Source of the DNA: an uncultured bacterium
GTDB taxonomy: Bacteria > Acidobacteriota > DATKUA01
Assembly: GCA_965602675.1 (NCBI GenBank)
Contig: CBFCZO010000008.1
Coordinates: forward strand, 4,334 to 68,333
Direction: 5' to 3'
Length of the DNA: 64,000 nucleotides
The number at the start of each line of letters is the position of its first letter. The stretch's first letter is position 1. Below are positions 47,311 to 57,368 of this stretch, piece after piece. Made by a program: the position numbers and the translations under genes. The notes below the pieces were generated by a model. That model was not told where the DNA came from and did not search any database. It saw only the letters and a program-made list of their open reading frames with translations.

Positions 47311-48621
47311 CTATTGTGATTTCGCCCTGTAGAGTTTTCTAAGCTCTCTCAAGCTTTTGTCCGAGAAGAAGATGCAGTCTTTCTGGTTGGCGCGACCCCA
47401 TGACAGGTCTTTTGCGAATTCGTCACAGGTCGGCGCGCCGCAAAGTCCACAATCGATGCCCGGCAGGTTCATTTTTACGGCTTTCTCAAAGCCCATTCTC
47501 TTTACCCCGGCTTCAAGACTGCTTACTTTTTCTCCCAGAGTCCGGGGCTTGATTCTACGGTTCAGTGAAAAGTCCTCATGTGGAAATCTTCGCTTGACCG
47601 CAGCTTCGAGCTCAGGATCACTGTCAGGCAGCTCCTCCAACAAGCGCCTTATTTTACTCCGAGCAGTATAAATGTTATCAACAGTCAGATTTCCCCCAAC
47701 GCAGCCATCCCAGCAGGAGTAGCATTCAAGATACTCGATGTTGCGCAGCCGCCCCTTCTCGATGTCATCAAAAACTTGGATAATGTATCTCAACCCGGTC
47801 ACGGACAAGTATTGATGCAGCGAAAGGTAGCGGCCGTGCCGATTAGTTGTCGCCCAGTTGAGGATGCCGGCATCCGGAATGAGATTGTCGGAGAGATCCT
47901 TTGGTTTCTCTTTTTTCCTGGCTAGCCTGTCGGCCAGGATATGATTGTAAACATCCGAGATGCCGATAGCGCCGTCGAGGGAGCTCTCTGAACCTTCAGC
48001 GGGTTTAAGAATCGAGATGGTTTTTGCCTGACAAGGTGAAATGTAAATTGCTGCTATGTCTCCGCTATCGATACCCAGCTCTTCTGATAATTTCCGCTTG
48101 AGCACTCGACCAGCCAATTCGCGAGCCGGCTGGACGTGAATGAGCTGGTCGACAATTCCTGGATACAGGACTTGTACTAATCTCACCACCACCGGACATG
48201 TGATTGAGATGAGCGGATAAGGTCCCTTCCAATTCTCCAGGTACTCTTTAATTCCACGATCAACCAGCGCAAGCTCGGTTGAATAGTTCCAAACTGAATC
48301 GAAACCGAGACTGAGCAACCCTCTGACAATGTCTTCGATTGAAACGGCCATGGGGAACTGTGCAAAGAGGACCGGACTGGGGACGGCCACCTTAAACTTG
48401 TACTTGTGGATATCAGCAAATGTCAGCGTCGTGGGCCGGATCGCTCCACTAGGACAGACCGAAAAGCATACACCACAGTCGATACAAAACTCCGGTTTAA
48501 GGCTGGCTTTGCCATTACGAACGCGGATGGCATGCGTCGGGCAGGCGCGCAAACAAGCTAGTTTTCCACGACATTGATCCTCAACGATCTCAAAACCATG
48601 AGTGAAATCATCCATTTTCAT
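47311..48621 (-). CDS. [FeFe]-hydrogenase-like protein of the putative sensory (HydS-like) type
   Basis: N-terminal 2x[4Fe-4S] ferredoxin domain, CRGKLACLRACP and CIDCGVCFSVCP. H-cluster-like motifs: L1 degenerate ITCPVVV (TSCCP missing the proton-relay Cys), L2 SPCQAK, L3 LECYSCWDGCVGG. Extra C-terminal Cys cluster DCGLCGAPTCD...C. Confidence 0.65.
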   Translation of the reverse strand: MKMDDFTHGFEIVEDQCRGKLACLRACPTHAIRVRNGKASLKPEFCIDCGVCFSVCPSGAIRPTTLTFADIHKYKFKVAVPSPVLFAQFPMAVSIEDIVRGLLSLGFDSVWNYSTELALVDRGIKEYLENWKGPYPLISITCPVVVRLVQVLYPGIVDQLIHVQPARELAGRVLKRKLSEELGIDSGDIAAIYISPCQAKTISILKPAEGSESSLDGAIGISDVYNHILADRLARKKEKPKDLSDNLIPDAGILNWATTNRHGRYLSLHQYLSVTGLRYIIQVFDDIEKGRLRNIEYLECYSCWDGCVGGNLTVDNIYTARSKIRRLLEELPDSDPELEAAVKRRFPHEDFSLNRRIKPRTLGEKVSSLEAGVKRMGFEKAVKMNLPGIDCGLCGAPTCDEFAKDLSWGRANQKDCIFFSDKSLRELRKLYRAKSQ

Positions 48622-49045
48622 TTAACCTAATTATACTGGTAACTGATGTGCCGTTCCCCAGTGCAGATTCGATATTGAAGATGTCCGAGTTCTTTCTGAT
48701 ATTCGGTAAACCCATCCCAAAGCCGAATCCCATCATTCGCATTTCGTCGGTCGCGGTTGAATACCCCTCTGTCATGGCTTTTTCTATATCTTCAATTCCC
48801 GGACCCGTATCAACGATCCTCAAAGTGATATCTTCGTTGGTCAAAACAAAACTGATGGTTCCCTCGTGGGCGTACATGACCATGTTCATTTCGCCCTCGA
48901 ATGTAATAACTACAGTGCGACGGACAAGTTGCGGTGCTATTTGGAGGTCTTTCAGTATCTTCTTTATTTCATCTGCGACCTCCCCTGCTTTGTCATAGTC
49001 GCCGCCGCGGACCTTATAACTTCTTGTCAGCAGTTTTTCCGCCAT
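48608..49045 (-). CDS. Histidine-kinase-like ATPase (HATPase_c; anti-sigma/serine-kinase-like)
   Basis: IVDTGPGIEDIEKAM...GFGFGMGLPN...GNGTSVT, the G1/G2 boxes. I place the start at MAEKLL (49045). Confidence 0.7.
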   Translation of the reverse strand: MAEKLLTRSYKVRGGDYDKAGEVADEIKKILKDLQIAPQLVRRTVVITFEGEMNMVMYAHEGTISFVLTNEDITLRIVDTGPGIEDIEKAMTEGYSTATDEMRMMGFGFGMGLPNIRKNSDIFNIESALGNGTSVTSIIRLNENG

Positions 49046-49047
49046 AT

Positions 49048-49392
49048 CTACATACCGCCTTTCAGCCCGTTTTCGCGCAGGATGCCGCAAACATCGAACA
49101 CTCCCATCTTGGTCACCAGAACAGGGATGTCATATTTCCGGGCGTAATCGAGCGCCCTTTCCTCCGGGCGCTTGCCGCGGATGTAAACGATCGCCTGCGC
49201 ATCGGCCATGTGAGCGGTTCTCGCCGATTGAATATTGGTCAGGCTGGTAACCATTAAAGCGTTCGGGCGGGCAAAGGTAAGGATTTCACTCATTCCATCG
49301 GAAGCTATGACAATATCGATTTCGATCGAGAGGTCATTCTCGCCATTCAACACATCACATTCCAACAAATCCCTTATCTCAGAAAGCCTCAT
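49048..49392 (-). CDS. DRTGG-domain protein
   Basis: ~114 aa; ALMVTSLTNIQSARTAHMADAQAIVYIRGKRPEERALDYARKYDIPVLVT resembles the DRTGG domain. Confidence 0.6.
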   Translation of the reverse strand: MRLSEIRDLLECDVLNGENDLSIEIDIVIASDGMSEILTFARPNALMVTSLTNIQSARTAHMADAQAIVYIRGKRPEERALDYARKYDIPVLVTKMGVFDVCGILRENGLKGGM

Positions 49393-49648
49393 CCCAAGGT
49401 ACCTCCGGGAACATCTGTCTATACTTGATTATATATATTTTTTTGCTTAAAACCGCCCAGTCGCAAAGCACGGCGTATGGTTCCAGCCCGGCTTCCTTGA
49501 GCAACTTTGCTTCGTAAAATCTCCTCCTCTCTCTAATAAATATCTGAAGAGCCTTTGCCGACAGACTGCAGGCGGATGCATTCATTTGATGAACCGGTGT
49601 CGCGGCGCAGGAGAGCCTCTCCAATAAATTATCAACTGCCGATTTCAA
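49379..49648 (-). CDS. Hypothetical protein (89 aa)
   Basis: ORF overlapping the DRTGG gene start by 14 nt. Confidence 0.35.
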   Translation of the reverse strand: MKSAVDNLLERLSCAATPVHQMNASACSLSAKALQIFIRERRRFYEAKLLKEAGLEPYAVLCDWAVLSKKIYIIKYRQMFPEVPWDEAF

Positions 49649-49707
49649 TCGGACAGAATCCCAACCGTTTTATCTACCATCATGTGTGAATCTCAAGTTG
49701 GGTTATA

Positions 49708-51111
49708 TCAAGCCTTCTTCAGGAGGTGGTCGTTGATGTCCTTCGCCGCCTTCCTTCCGGCTCCCATTGCGCTGATGACCGTTGCCGCACCCGTGACAAC
49801 ATCCCCCCCCGCCCAGATCGCCTCGCGGGAGGTTCTGCCGGTTTCCTCATCGGCGACGATGTTACCTCGCCTACCGACCTCGAGGCCTGGAGTGGTCATG
49901 GGGATGAGGGGATTTGGGCTGTTGCCGATGCTGCAAACGGCGGCGTCTACTTCCATAGTGAATTCCGAACCCTCGATGGGGACAGGACGACGCCTGCCGG
50001 AATCGTCAGGCTCTCCGAGTTCCATCTTTAGGCATTCCAGCGCTGTAAGCCAGCCGTTATCATCCCCAAGAAGTCTTACAGGGAGAGTTAGAAAGTCGAA
50101 GATGATCCCTTCTTCCTCAGCGTTTTCTACCTCTTCGAGCCTCGCAGGCAACTCCTTACGGCTCCGGCGGTAGACAATGTGGACCTCATCGGCTCCCAAC
50201 CGCAACGCGGTCCGCGCGCAATCCATCGCTACATTCCCTCCTCCAAATACCGCCGCGTTGGACGCGCGCTTGATCGGCGTGTCATATTCCGGAAAACAAA
50301 ATCCCTTCATCAGGTTGCATCGTGTCAAATATTCGTTAGCGGAATAGACGCCGTTGAGATTCTCACCCGATATCTCAAGGAACCACGGTAAGCCTGCTCC
50401 CGCGCCGATGAAGATCGCATCGAATTCTTCGAGGAGTTTTTCAATTGTCAGTGTCTTGCCAATTATGTAATCGAGGTGCAATTGGACACCAAGACTCTTA
50501 ACGTATTCGACTTCGCGATTGACGATGGCTTTGGGCAGTCGGAATTCGGGTATGCCGTAGGTCAACACGCCGCCGGGCGCGTGAAGGGCTTCGAACATAG
50601 TAATATCGTGCCCGAGCAAAACCAGGTCATTAGCAACAGTTACCCCGGCCGGCCCGGATCCCACTATAGCGACCTTTTTTCCTGAAGCCGGCGCGATGTC
50701 GGGTCTTTCAATTTCTCCGCTCGCCGCCTCCCAATCGGCCAGGAAGCGTTCGAGCCGCCCAATTGCGACGGGTTCGCCCTTTTTCCCCAGGACACATTTT
50801 ATTTCGCACTGCTCCTCCTGAGGGCAAACACGCCCGCAAACCGCGGGCAAGGCATTGGCTTCTTTAATCTTTTTAATTCCCGCCGCGAAGTCGCGTTCGG
50901 CAATGTGCTGGATAAAGCCGGGTATGTCGATCATGACGGGGCAACCGTCGACGCAAAACGGCTTCTTGCAGTTCAGGCAGCGAGAGGCTTCCTCGACAGC
51001 GAGTTCTTCCGTATAGCCGAGTGCCACTTCGTCGAAATTCTTAATACGCTCGAACGGTTCCTGCTTGGGCATTGGCCGCCGCTTGAGATCTAATTTTTTG
51101 GCCAACGACAC
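49708..51111 (-). CDS. NAD(P)H-dependent oxidoreductase, GltD/NfnB/SudA-like (FAD, 2x[4Fe-4S])
   Basis: N-terminal Cys clusters CLNCKKPFCVDGCP...CGRVCPQEEQCEIKC, then VAIVGSGPAGVTVANDLVLLGHDITMFEALHAPGGVLTYGIPEFRLPK. Confidence 0.85.
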   Translation of the reverse strand: MSLAKKLDLKRRPMPKQEPFERIKNFDEVALGYTEELAVEEASRCLNCKKPFCVDGCPVMIDIPGFIQHIAERDFAAGIKKIKEANALPAVCGRVCPQEEQCEIKCVLGKKGEPVAIGRLERFLADWEAASGEIERPDIAPASGKKVAIVGSGPAGVTVANDLVLLGHDITMFEALHAPGGVLTYGIPEFRLPKAIVNREVEYVKSLGVQLHLDYIIGKTLTIEKLLEEFDAIFIGAGAGLPWFLEISGENLNGVYSANEYLTRCNLMKGFCFPEYDTPIKRASNAAVFGGGNVAMDCARTALRLGADEVHIVYRRSRKELPARLEEVENAEEEGIIFDFLTLPVRLLGDDNGWLTALECLKMELGEPDDSGRRRPVPIEGSEFTMEVDAAVCSIGNSPNPLIPMTTPGLEVGRRGNIVADEETGRTSREAIWAGGDVVTGAATVISAMGAGRKAAKDINDHLLKKA

Positions 51112-51120
51112 ACCCTCCGT

Positions 51121-51954
51121 TTAAAAATGCGAAGCGCAGCCGCTCTTACGGAGCGGATGGATTTCTTCGGGATTATATGTCTGACGCCGTTTAAGAAATT
51201 CAACCCAGTCGACTTCGTGACCGTCAAAGTCAGGTCCGTCAACGCATGCGAATTTCGTCTCTCCCGCCACTGTCAAGCGGCAGACACCGCACATTCCGGT
51301 GCCATCTATCATTATTGGATTCATACTAACTATCGTTTTAATTTCCAGGAGCTTTGTCATCTCGGAAGTCTTCATCATCTGGAATGTACAACCGTTGACG
51401 ATAACTCTGTCGGGCTTAGTCTTTTCAAGCTGCAGGATTTCATCAAGGCGCGATACGTGACCTTTGTAACCGGCTGTTCCATCCCGCGTTATGATGATGA
51501 CTTTTTCGCAGACCTCCTCGAACTTGTCCTGCCAATAGAGAAGATACGAACTACGCGCCTCCAGCAGCGCATAAACCTTATTACCCGCCTCCTTGAGTTC
51601 GCGAGCGATCGGATAGATGCTGCCGATGCCATAGCAGCCGCCGACACACAGCACCGTCCCGAAGTTGTCTATTTCAGTCTCCTTTCCCAGAGGTCCCGCG
51701 AAAGTGGGGATTGTATCGTCCGGTTCGAGCCGCGCCAGTTTTGATGTAGATGCTCCAACCTGCATGAAGATGGAGGTCACGGTGCCGGCTTCGCGGTCCC
51801 AGTCGGCAACTGACAAAGGGGTACGCTCGCCCGGCTCATCCGGCCTCACGATAACGAAGTTCCCGGGCAGGATCGACTGCGCGACCGCAGGCGCCTCGAC
51901 AGTAATCTCATGTAGGTTCGGAACTATCATCCGGCGTTCGATTATCCGATACAT
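51121..51954 (-). CDS. Ferredoxin-NADP reductase-like subunit (NfnA/SudB/PyrK-like; FAD plus 2Fe-2S)
   Basis: FNR-like fold with C-terminal CGVCRLTVAGETKFACVDGPDF. Adjacent to the NfnB-like gene. Confidence 0.8.
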   Translation of the reverse strand: MYRIIERRMIVPNLHEITVEAPAVAQSILPGNFVIVRPDEPGERTPLSVADWDREAGTVTSIFMQVGASTSKLARLEPDDTIPTFAGPLGKETEIDNFGTVLCVGGCYGIGSIYPIARELKEAGNKVYALLEARSSYLLYWQDKFEEVCEKVIIITRDGTAGYKGHVSRLDEILQLEKTKPDRVIVNGCTFQMMKTSEMTKLLEIKTIVSMNPIMIDGTGMCGVCRLTVAGETKFACVDGPDFDGHEVDWVEFLKRRQTYNPEEIHPLRKSGCASHF

Positions 51955-51978
51955 CCGGCCCTCCGGGTGCGCTGTTTA

Positions 51979-54549
51979 TCAGCAGCGGCTGCTTTTGCGC
52001 GGCTTTCCTTTTCCGGTTTTCCTGCCTGTTGAACCCGCGGCCCGCACATTTACCTTAACGGGATTCTCACTAATACGATAAAGGGGCTCCCAGTTGGAGC
52101 GGTGTGCGAGACCACCAAAGGCATCGGGGAGGAAAAAGTAAATAATTCCTTCGGGACACTCCGGTTCCGCCCTCGTCGTGCCAGTCACCTTCAGCGTGGT
52201 TGTTGAGACAGTGATGCTATTGCCAGGTTTTACCTTTAGCTTGCGTAAGTCTTCGGGATTAAGCCGAAAACCCTCTTCGAGAGCGAGTTCTCCCAGCCCC
52301 TCGACTTTCGAGCTCAAATCTATACCACGATGCCGGAAGCCTGCCGGTTCAGCAATCAGCAGGTATGATGCCGTTCCGGCTGCTTTGGTCTTTTGCTTCG
52401 CTTCGGTCTTCTGCTTCTTGATCGGAATCGATGTTTTGGGAACCAACCTGCGGGGCTTTCTATCGGGCTTCGAGGGAAAACCGGGAAAGACAGTGCTTAT
52501 CTCCTTCAGAACCGCACCCGAGTTTTTATAATTGAATCCCAGGTATTTCATCCTTTGCGCAAGGCTGCTGAAAATGAACCAATCCGGTCGAGCGAAACCT
52601 GAGATAACACCATCCGGCAGGTCTTCAACCTTGACCAGCCGTTGCACACGGCCTTCGACATTTGTAATCGTCCCTTCCGCCTCGACGAAACTCGAAGCGG
52701 GTAGAAAGGCGTCCACCTTGAAGGGGGGATAATAGATATCCTGCGCAACAATATATTCGCAATCGGGCCGTTCGAAGAACGGAACCTCTCCGACGAGATA
52801 TATCACCTTCGGTTTCGCTCGGCCTTCGATAACGTCGGTCAGCGTGATGTGCTTGCCTTTAGCTTTATCCACGCCGGGCAGAATCTCGCCCAGTGTGCCC
52901 ATTTCAAAGGCGCCGCGAGTGTTTGCTCCCTGATAGAGCGGGATGATGATGGAACCGTCCCGTTTCGCGAGCTTGTTGAGGGCGTCAACCAGGCCCGCGT
53001 TCGACTGATAATTGAATACCATCGGCCCGATCACTACGACAAGGTTCTTCCCGGAAGAAAGGATTCTGATAGCTTCTTCCAATAAGGCGGCATCGACGCC
53101 GGCCTGTTCCGCCACACCGGCGATGTCGCTCTTTTTCCTGCCGAGATTCTTCGCAATTGCGTCGAGAACGCCGCCTTCCTTACCCGGAGTGGGCTGCAGC
53201 CAATAATCCGTGTAGCGTGCCAGATTGGAATCGTATGGATTTATCGTTACCAGATTGGCTCCAGCTTTTAATGCATGCCTTATCTCAACTCCGACAATAG
53301 AGAAGTAGAAGCGTGAATCCAGCCCCATGGCAATGATTGAATCAGCCTCTCTGATACTCTTCAATGATATGGGGAGCGAGAACAGCTTGGCCCAAAGTCC
53401 CAGCCCGCCGGCCAACGAATGTCGCGCCGTCGAATCGATGCTGTTGGAGCTCATGCACGAGCGAACGAACTTCTGAGCGACATATAAGCTCTCATTTGTC
53501 AGGTCGCCCGACACGACCATCAGGAAGTCGGACGGCTTAAGACCTTCAAGTTTCCCGGCAACTTCAGTCAACGCCTCGTCCCACGTCACCTCGCGATAGT
53601 ATTTTCCGCGCTTGAATATCGGTTTCTTCGCCCGACTATAGTGATGCGACGTTTCCGGCATGGAGAACCTGCCGCGCACGCAGAGCTGCCCATCGTTGAT
53701 CTCGGGATCAAGGTTTGGCTGGACCTTGGAGAGGATTCCGTCTTTGTGAAGAAGCTCCACCTGGCACCCGATGCCACAGAACGGGCAGGTGGAAACCTCC
53801 ATTCCGTCGGGCAAACCGTCCCATTTCGAGGCCTTTTCCGCAAGCGTCCCGGTGGGGCAAACGCAGACACAGGCTCCGCAGAATTCGCAACCGGCTTCGA
53901 TATGGCTCTTACCATAAGCCGGACCGATCTGCACCCTCGGACCGCGGAAATTGAATGCCAGGATCCCGGTCCCGCGCACTTCCTGGCACATCCTGACGCA
54001 GCGACCGCACAGGATACAGATATTGTAATCCCTGTCGAAAAACGGATCGTCGTGCTCGACCTCGTTTCCACGGTAATAGCAGGGGTACTCAATATCGGTT
54101 ACACCGACTTTTTCGACTACATCCTGGAGTTCGCACTGTCCGTCGTTGGGGCAATAGCGGCAGCCGGTAGTGACCCCGGCCTTCCTGATGGTGTACTGGT
54201 TGTCACGGCATTCGTCTTTTTCGTCGCAGATGAGGCAACTCGCGGGATGCTCGCTGAGGATCAGTTGGAGGATTTCTTTTCTCATCTCGTGCAGAGTCGC
54301 CGTGTCGGTCAGGACCTTCATCCCTTCCTCGGCGATTGTGCTGCACGATAAGGGATAATCCCGCATCCCCTCAATTTCGACCATGCACATCCGGCAGCCG
54401 CCGAACGGTGTCAGATCTTTGTGTGAACAGAGGGAAGGGATGTATATATCGTTCAATTCGGCGGCGCGCAGAACGGTCACTCCCTGGGGGAAGGAGACTT
54501 TGCGGTGGTTGATCTCCATCTCGAGGTTGTGTGTTTTTCGCGGACTCAC
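51979..54549 (-). CDS. NuoG/FdhA-like molybdopterin-oxidoreductase-family Fe-S subunit (2Fe-2S plus 4Fe-4S clusters; shortened catalytic region)
   Basis: N-terminal 2Fe-2S domain (CSHKDLTPFGGCRMCMVEIEG), a His-ligated cluster, then 2x4Fe-4S. Molybdopterin Fe4S4 motif CPFCGIGCQ...DGQLCVRGRF, TWDEAL. Molydop-binding-like C-terminal barrel. No SeCys or Cys-His active-site pair found. Start may be the internal MEINHRK. Confidence 0.75.
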   Translation of the reverse strand: MSPRKTHNLEMEINHRKVSFPQGVTVLRAAELNDIYIPSLCSHKDLTPFGGCRMCMVEIEGMRDYPLSCSTIAEEGMKVLTDTATLHEMRKEILQLILSEHPASCLICDEKDECRDNQYTIRKAGVTTGCRYCPNDGQCELQDVVEKVGVTDIEYPCYYRGNEVEHDDPFFDRDYNICILCGRCVRMCQEVRGTGILAFNFRGPRVQIGPAYGKSHIEAGCEFCGACVCVCPTGTLAEKASKWDGLPDGMEVSTCPFCGIGCQVELLHKDGILSKVQPNLDPEINDGQLCVRGRFSMPETSHHYSRAKKPIFKRGKYYREVTWDEALTEVAGKLEGLKPSDFLMVVSGDLTNESLYVAQKFVRSCMSSNSIDSTARHSLAGGLGLWAKLFSLPISLKSIREADSIIAMGLDSRFYFSIVGVEIRHALKAGANLVTINPYDSNLARYTDYWLQPTPGKEGGVLDAIAKNLGRKKSDIAGVAEQAGVDAALLEEAIRILSSGKNLVVVIGPMVFNYQSNAGLVDALNKLAKRDGSIIIPLYQGANTRGAFEMGTLGEILPGVDKAKGKHITLTDVIEGRAKPKVIYLVGEVPFFERPDCEYIVAQDIYYPPFKVDAFLPASSFVEAEGTITNVEGRVQRLVKVEDLPDGVISGFARPDWFIFSSLAQRMKYLGFNYKNSGAVLKEISTVFPGFPSKPDRKPRRLVPKTSIPIKKQKTEAKQKTKAAGTASYLLIAEPAGFRHRGIDLSSKVEGLGELALEEGFRLNPEDLRKLKVKPGNSITVSTTTLKVTGTTRAEPECPEGIIYFFLPDAFGGLAHRSNWEPLYRISENPVKVNVRAAGSTGRKTGKGKPRKSSRC

Positions 54550-54556
54550 ATTACCC

Positions 54557-56428
54557 TCATGACTCGATTACGATGGCGTCGCCGGCGACAGCATCGAAGC
54601 GACAGATTTCGTAACACGACCGGCACTTAATGCACTTATCCTCGTCGAGGAAGTGGGGCTGGGAGCGGGGCCCGGAGATGGCCCCTGTGGGGCAGACTTC
54701 CACGCACCGCTGGCAGCCAGTACACTTGCCTTCGATGATGCGGTAAACAACGAGGTCGCGACAGACCGCGGCAGGACAGCGTTTATCCTTGATGTGCAAC
54801 AAGAATTCGTCTCGGAAGTATTTCAGCGAAGAGAGAATTGGGTTAGGGGCTGTCTGCCCCAGTCCGCAAAGAGACCCCCCTTTGATCGCTTTGCCGAGTC
54901 TTTCGAGCTTGGCTAAATCCTCGAGTTCACCCTTTCCGTGACAAATCTTCTCAAGTATGTGCACAAGATGCTTTGTGCCGACGCGGCACGGCACGCACTT
55001 TCCGCAGGATTCCTCCTGTGTAAAATTCAAAAAGTACTTCGCCATATCGACGATACATGTGTCCTTGTCCAACACAATCAAGCCACCGGACCCCATGATT
55101 GAGCCGGCGGCAGCAAGGTTTTCATAATCGATGGGAGTGTCCAGAAATTCTTCGCTGAGGCAACCGCCGGAGGGCCCCCCGGTCTGAACCGCCTTGAACT
55201 CTTTGACCAGACCTCCGCCGATATCGTAAATGATCTCGCGAAGTGTCATTCCGAACGGGACTTCGATCAAGCCGGCCCGCCTCACCTTTCCCACGAGGCT
55301 GAACGTCTTGGTTCCCTTTGTTTTCTCCGTTCCGAATTGGCTGTACCATTCGGCTCCATTGCGGATGATTGTGGCAAGCACGCTAAGCGTCTCGACGTTG
55401 TTGATTATCGTCGGCTTCCCCCAGAGGCCGGAAACAGCCGGGAACGGCGGCCTGGTGCGGGGCATCCCTCGCTTGCCCTCGACAGATGCGATGAGGGCGG
55501 TTTCCTCTCCGCAAACAAATGCGCCTGCCCCTTCTTTGATTTTTATCTCAAAATCGAAACCGCTTCCGAGAATGTTTTGGCCGAGCAATCCGAGAGTCTG
55601 CATCTGGCTGATTGCAGCCCTCAAGCGGGCGATGGCCAGCGGGTATTCCGCGCGGATGTAGATAATTCCCTTGCTCGCTCCGATAGTGTAGGCGGCGATA
55701 AGCATGCCCTCGAGGAGTGCATGCGGATCGCCTTCGATGAGCGAGCGGTTCATGAAAGCGCCGGGATCGCCCTCGTCGGCATTGCATATCAGATATCGCT
55801 GGTCGCTTTGGGTCTCGCGGCAGAATTGCCACTTGCGCCATGTCGGGAATCCCGCTCCGCCACGACCCCGAAGACCGGAGGCCTTCACCTCCTCCAGCAC
55901 ATTCTCCCACGGCATCGAGATGCACTTCTCGAAGGCCTCGTAGCCGCCGCGCGCCAGGTAGTGGTCGACATCATCCGGATTGATGACGCCGCAGTTTCTA
56001 AGGACCACGCGGACCTGGGGCGCAAGCATGGGCAGATCGAAGAATCGGGGCACGCCGTCGATTTCATCTTCGCCGAAGTGTCCCGCAAGGTTGAATTTCG
56101 GAATCTCGTTTTTCACAAAGTATGAATCAAGAATCCTCTCCGTCATCGCCGGTGTGACGTTCGAGTGGCTGATACGAGGCAACTGCGGCATCTGGATATC
56201 AACTAACGGCTCGAGATAACACGGGCCGATACAACCGACCTCGAACAATGTTGCGTTGACCTTCTTTTCCTTGGCGTATTGTTTAATAGATTCGATGACT
56301 TCAACCGCACCGGCAGCCCTGCCACAGGAACCCGCGCCCACATATATGATGGGCCGAGTGTTGTTCTGTAGCTTCTTCCACTTGGCTACCGCAGTGGATC
56401 GCCGATCATTAATCGTCATCGTGCTCAT
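54557..56428 (-). CDS. NuoF-like NADH-binding flavoprotein subunit (HydB/HoxF/FdhB type) with N-terminal thioredoxin-like domain and C-terminal 2x[4Fe-4S]
   Basis: GRGGAGFPTWRKW, FMN/NADH site, ESCGKCVPCR, and C-terminal CTGCQRCVEVCP...CIKCRSCYEICR. I chose an internal Met start (~56428) so it does not overlap the nuoE-like gene. The exact start is uncertain. Confidence 0.82.
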   Translation of the reverse strand: MSTMTINDRRSTAVAKWKKLQNNTRPIIYVGAGSCGRAAGAVEVIESIKQYAKEKKVNATLFEVGCIGPCYLEPLVDIQMPQLPRISHSNVTPAMTERILDSYFVKNEIPKFNLAGHFGEDEIDGVPRFFDLPMLAPQVRVVLRNCGVINPDDVDHYLARGGYEAFEKCISMPWENVLEEVKASGLRGRGGAGFPTWRKWQFCRETQSDQRYLICNADEGDPGAFMNRSLIEGDPHALLEGMLIAAYTIGASKGIIYIRAEYPLAIARLRAAISQMQTLGLLGQNILGSGFDFEIKIKEGAGAFVCGEETALIASVEGKRGMPRTRPPFPAVSGLWGKPTIINNVETLSVLATIIRNGAEWYSQFGTEKTKGTKTFSLVGKVRRAGLIEVPFGMTLREIIYDIGGGLVKEFKAVQTGGPSGGCLSEEFLDTPIDYENLAAAGSIMGSGGLIVLDKDTCIVDMAKYFLNFTQEESCGKCVPCRVGTKHLVHILEKICHGKGELEDLAKLERLGKAIKGGSLCGLGQTAPNPILSSLKYFRDEFLLHIKDKRCPAAVCRDLVVYRIIEGKCTGCQRCVEVCPTGAISGPRSQPHFLDEDKCIKCRSCYEICRFDAVAGDAIVIES

Positions 56429-56867
56429 CAAGGATCCTATGGAGTCTGAGTACCGACACCCGGCTGATAATCTTGTCATCGAAAGCAACGACCGGCGCGA
56501 GAGCGCAGCATCCCAGGCATGCGACTCGCTCCAGATCGTACTTGCCGTCGGCGGAAGTTTCGCCGGGCTTGATATCGAGTCGGCGATCGATAACATCGAG
56601 CAGCTGCTCGCCTCCCCTCACATGGCAGGCGGTTCCGAGACAAACCTTGATATGATGTTCACCCGGCGGGGAGAAGCGGAATTGCGCGTAGAAAGTGGCG
56701 ACGCCGAAAACCTCGTTCTCCGATACTTTGAGCCATCGTGATATCCGGTGTATCACTTCGGGGGAAAGATACCCATCGACTTTCTGTATCTGCTGTAAAA
56801 CGGGAATCAGGTCCGACGCTTCGCCCTTAAAACCTTGAATTACCTTTTCGAATGCCCTTCCCGTCAT
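56409..56867 (-). CDS. NuoE-like 2Fe-2S thioredoxin-fold subunit (HydC/HoxE type)
   Basis: CLGTACHVRGGEQL...CLGCCALAPVV, the four Cys of the NuoE [2Fe-2S] cluster. Confidence 0.85.
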   Translation of the reverse strand: MTGRAFEKVIQGFKGEASDLIPVLQQIQKVDGYLSPEVIHRISRWLKVSENEVFGVATFYAQFRFSPPGEHHIKVCLGTACHVRGGEQLLDVIDRRLDIKPGETSADGKYDLERVACLGCCALAPVVAFDDKIISRVSVLRLHRILDEHDDD

Positions 56868-56971
56868 AACCCGGATTCCACGTTTAGTATCTAGTTGTTT
56901 ATTAACCTCAAGCCAAGCTCAGAGAGCGTCAAGGCTCACGTAACAAACTGTCAAGCTAGGGGAGAAAAGTC

Positions 56972-57310
56972 TTATTTAATTCCGATTTCGGCCAGATTCA
57001 TCGCGAAGGACCAGGTATCCAATTCTGTGAAGAAAAGCCCGATACCGGCCTTCGCGGCGAGCTTGATAACGTCATCTTCAGGCTTCTTGTTTCGAGCGAA
57101 AACAATTGCAGCGACGTCGACAAGATTCGCCGCCGCAATGATGCTCTTATTCGTCTGAAGAGTGATTAATATACTGTTTGCTTTCGGCCCGGTGATGATA
57201 TCCGAGACCATATCGGAAATGTAGACTCCCTCCACCTCTTTATCTATGAATTCATTAAGAGCCTTAAGGCTCAATTTCTCTGCGATAACGGATACTTTCA
57301 TCCCTAGCAC
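56972..57310 (-). CDS. DRTGG-like domain protein (second copy)
   Basis: ~110 aa; ILITLQTNKSIIAAANLVDVAAIVFARNKKPEDDVIKLAAKAGIGLFFT parallels the 49048-49392 product. Confidence 0.5.
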   Translation of the reverse strand: MLGMKVSVIAEKLSLKALNEFIDKEVEGVYISDMVSDIITGPKANSILITLQTNKSIIAAANLVDVAAIVFARNKKPEDDVIKLAAKAGIGLFFTELDTWSFAMNLAEIGIK

Positions 57311-57368
57311 CCTCCTAAGTCATAACTGAGTGATCGTTGTCATAGCTTCACTTAATCCGGGTAACCGC

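Noticed and set aside
51979-54549. Selenocysteine-containing formate dehydrogenase, or catalytic [FeFe] hydrogenase, for the 856-aa subunit
   Set aside because: No in-frame TGA and no Cys at the FDH active-site position. No TSCCP, MPCxxK or ExMxCxxGC H-cluster motifs. I call it NuoG-like.
53641-56125. + strand ORFs (53641-54351, 55337-56125) within the NuoG-like and NuoF-like genes
   Set aside because: Antisense shadow ORFs. The minus-strand frames carry canonical Fe-S, FMN and NADH motifs.
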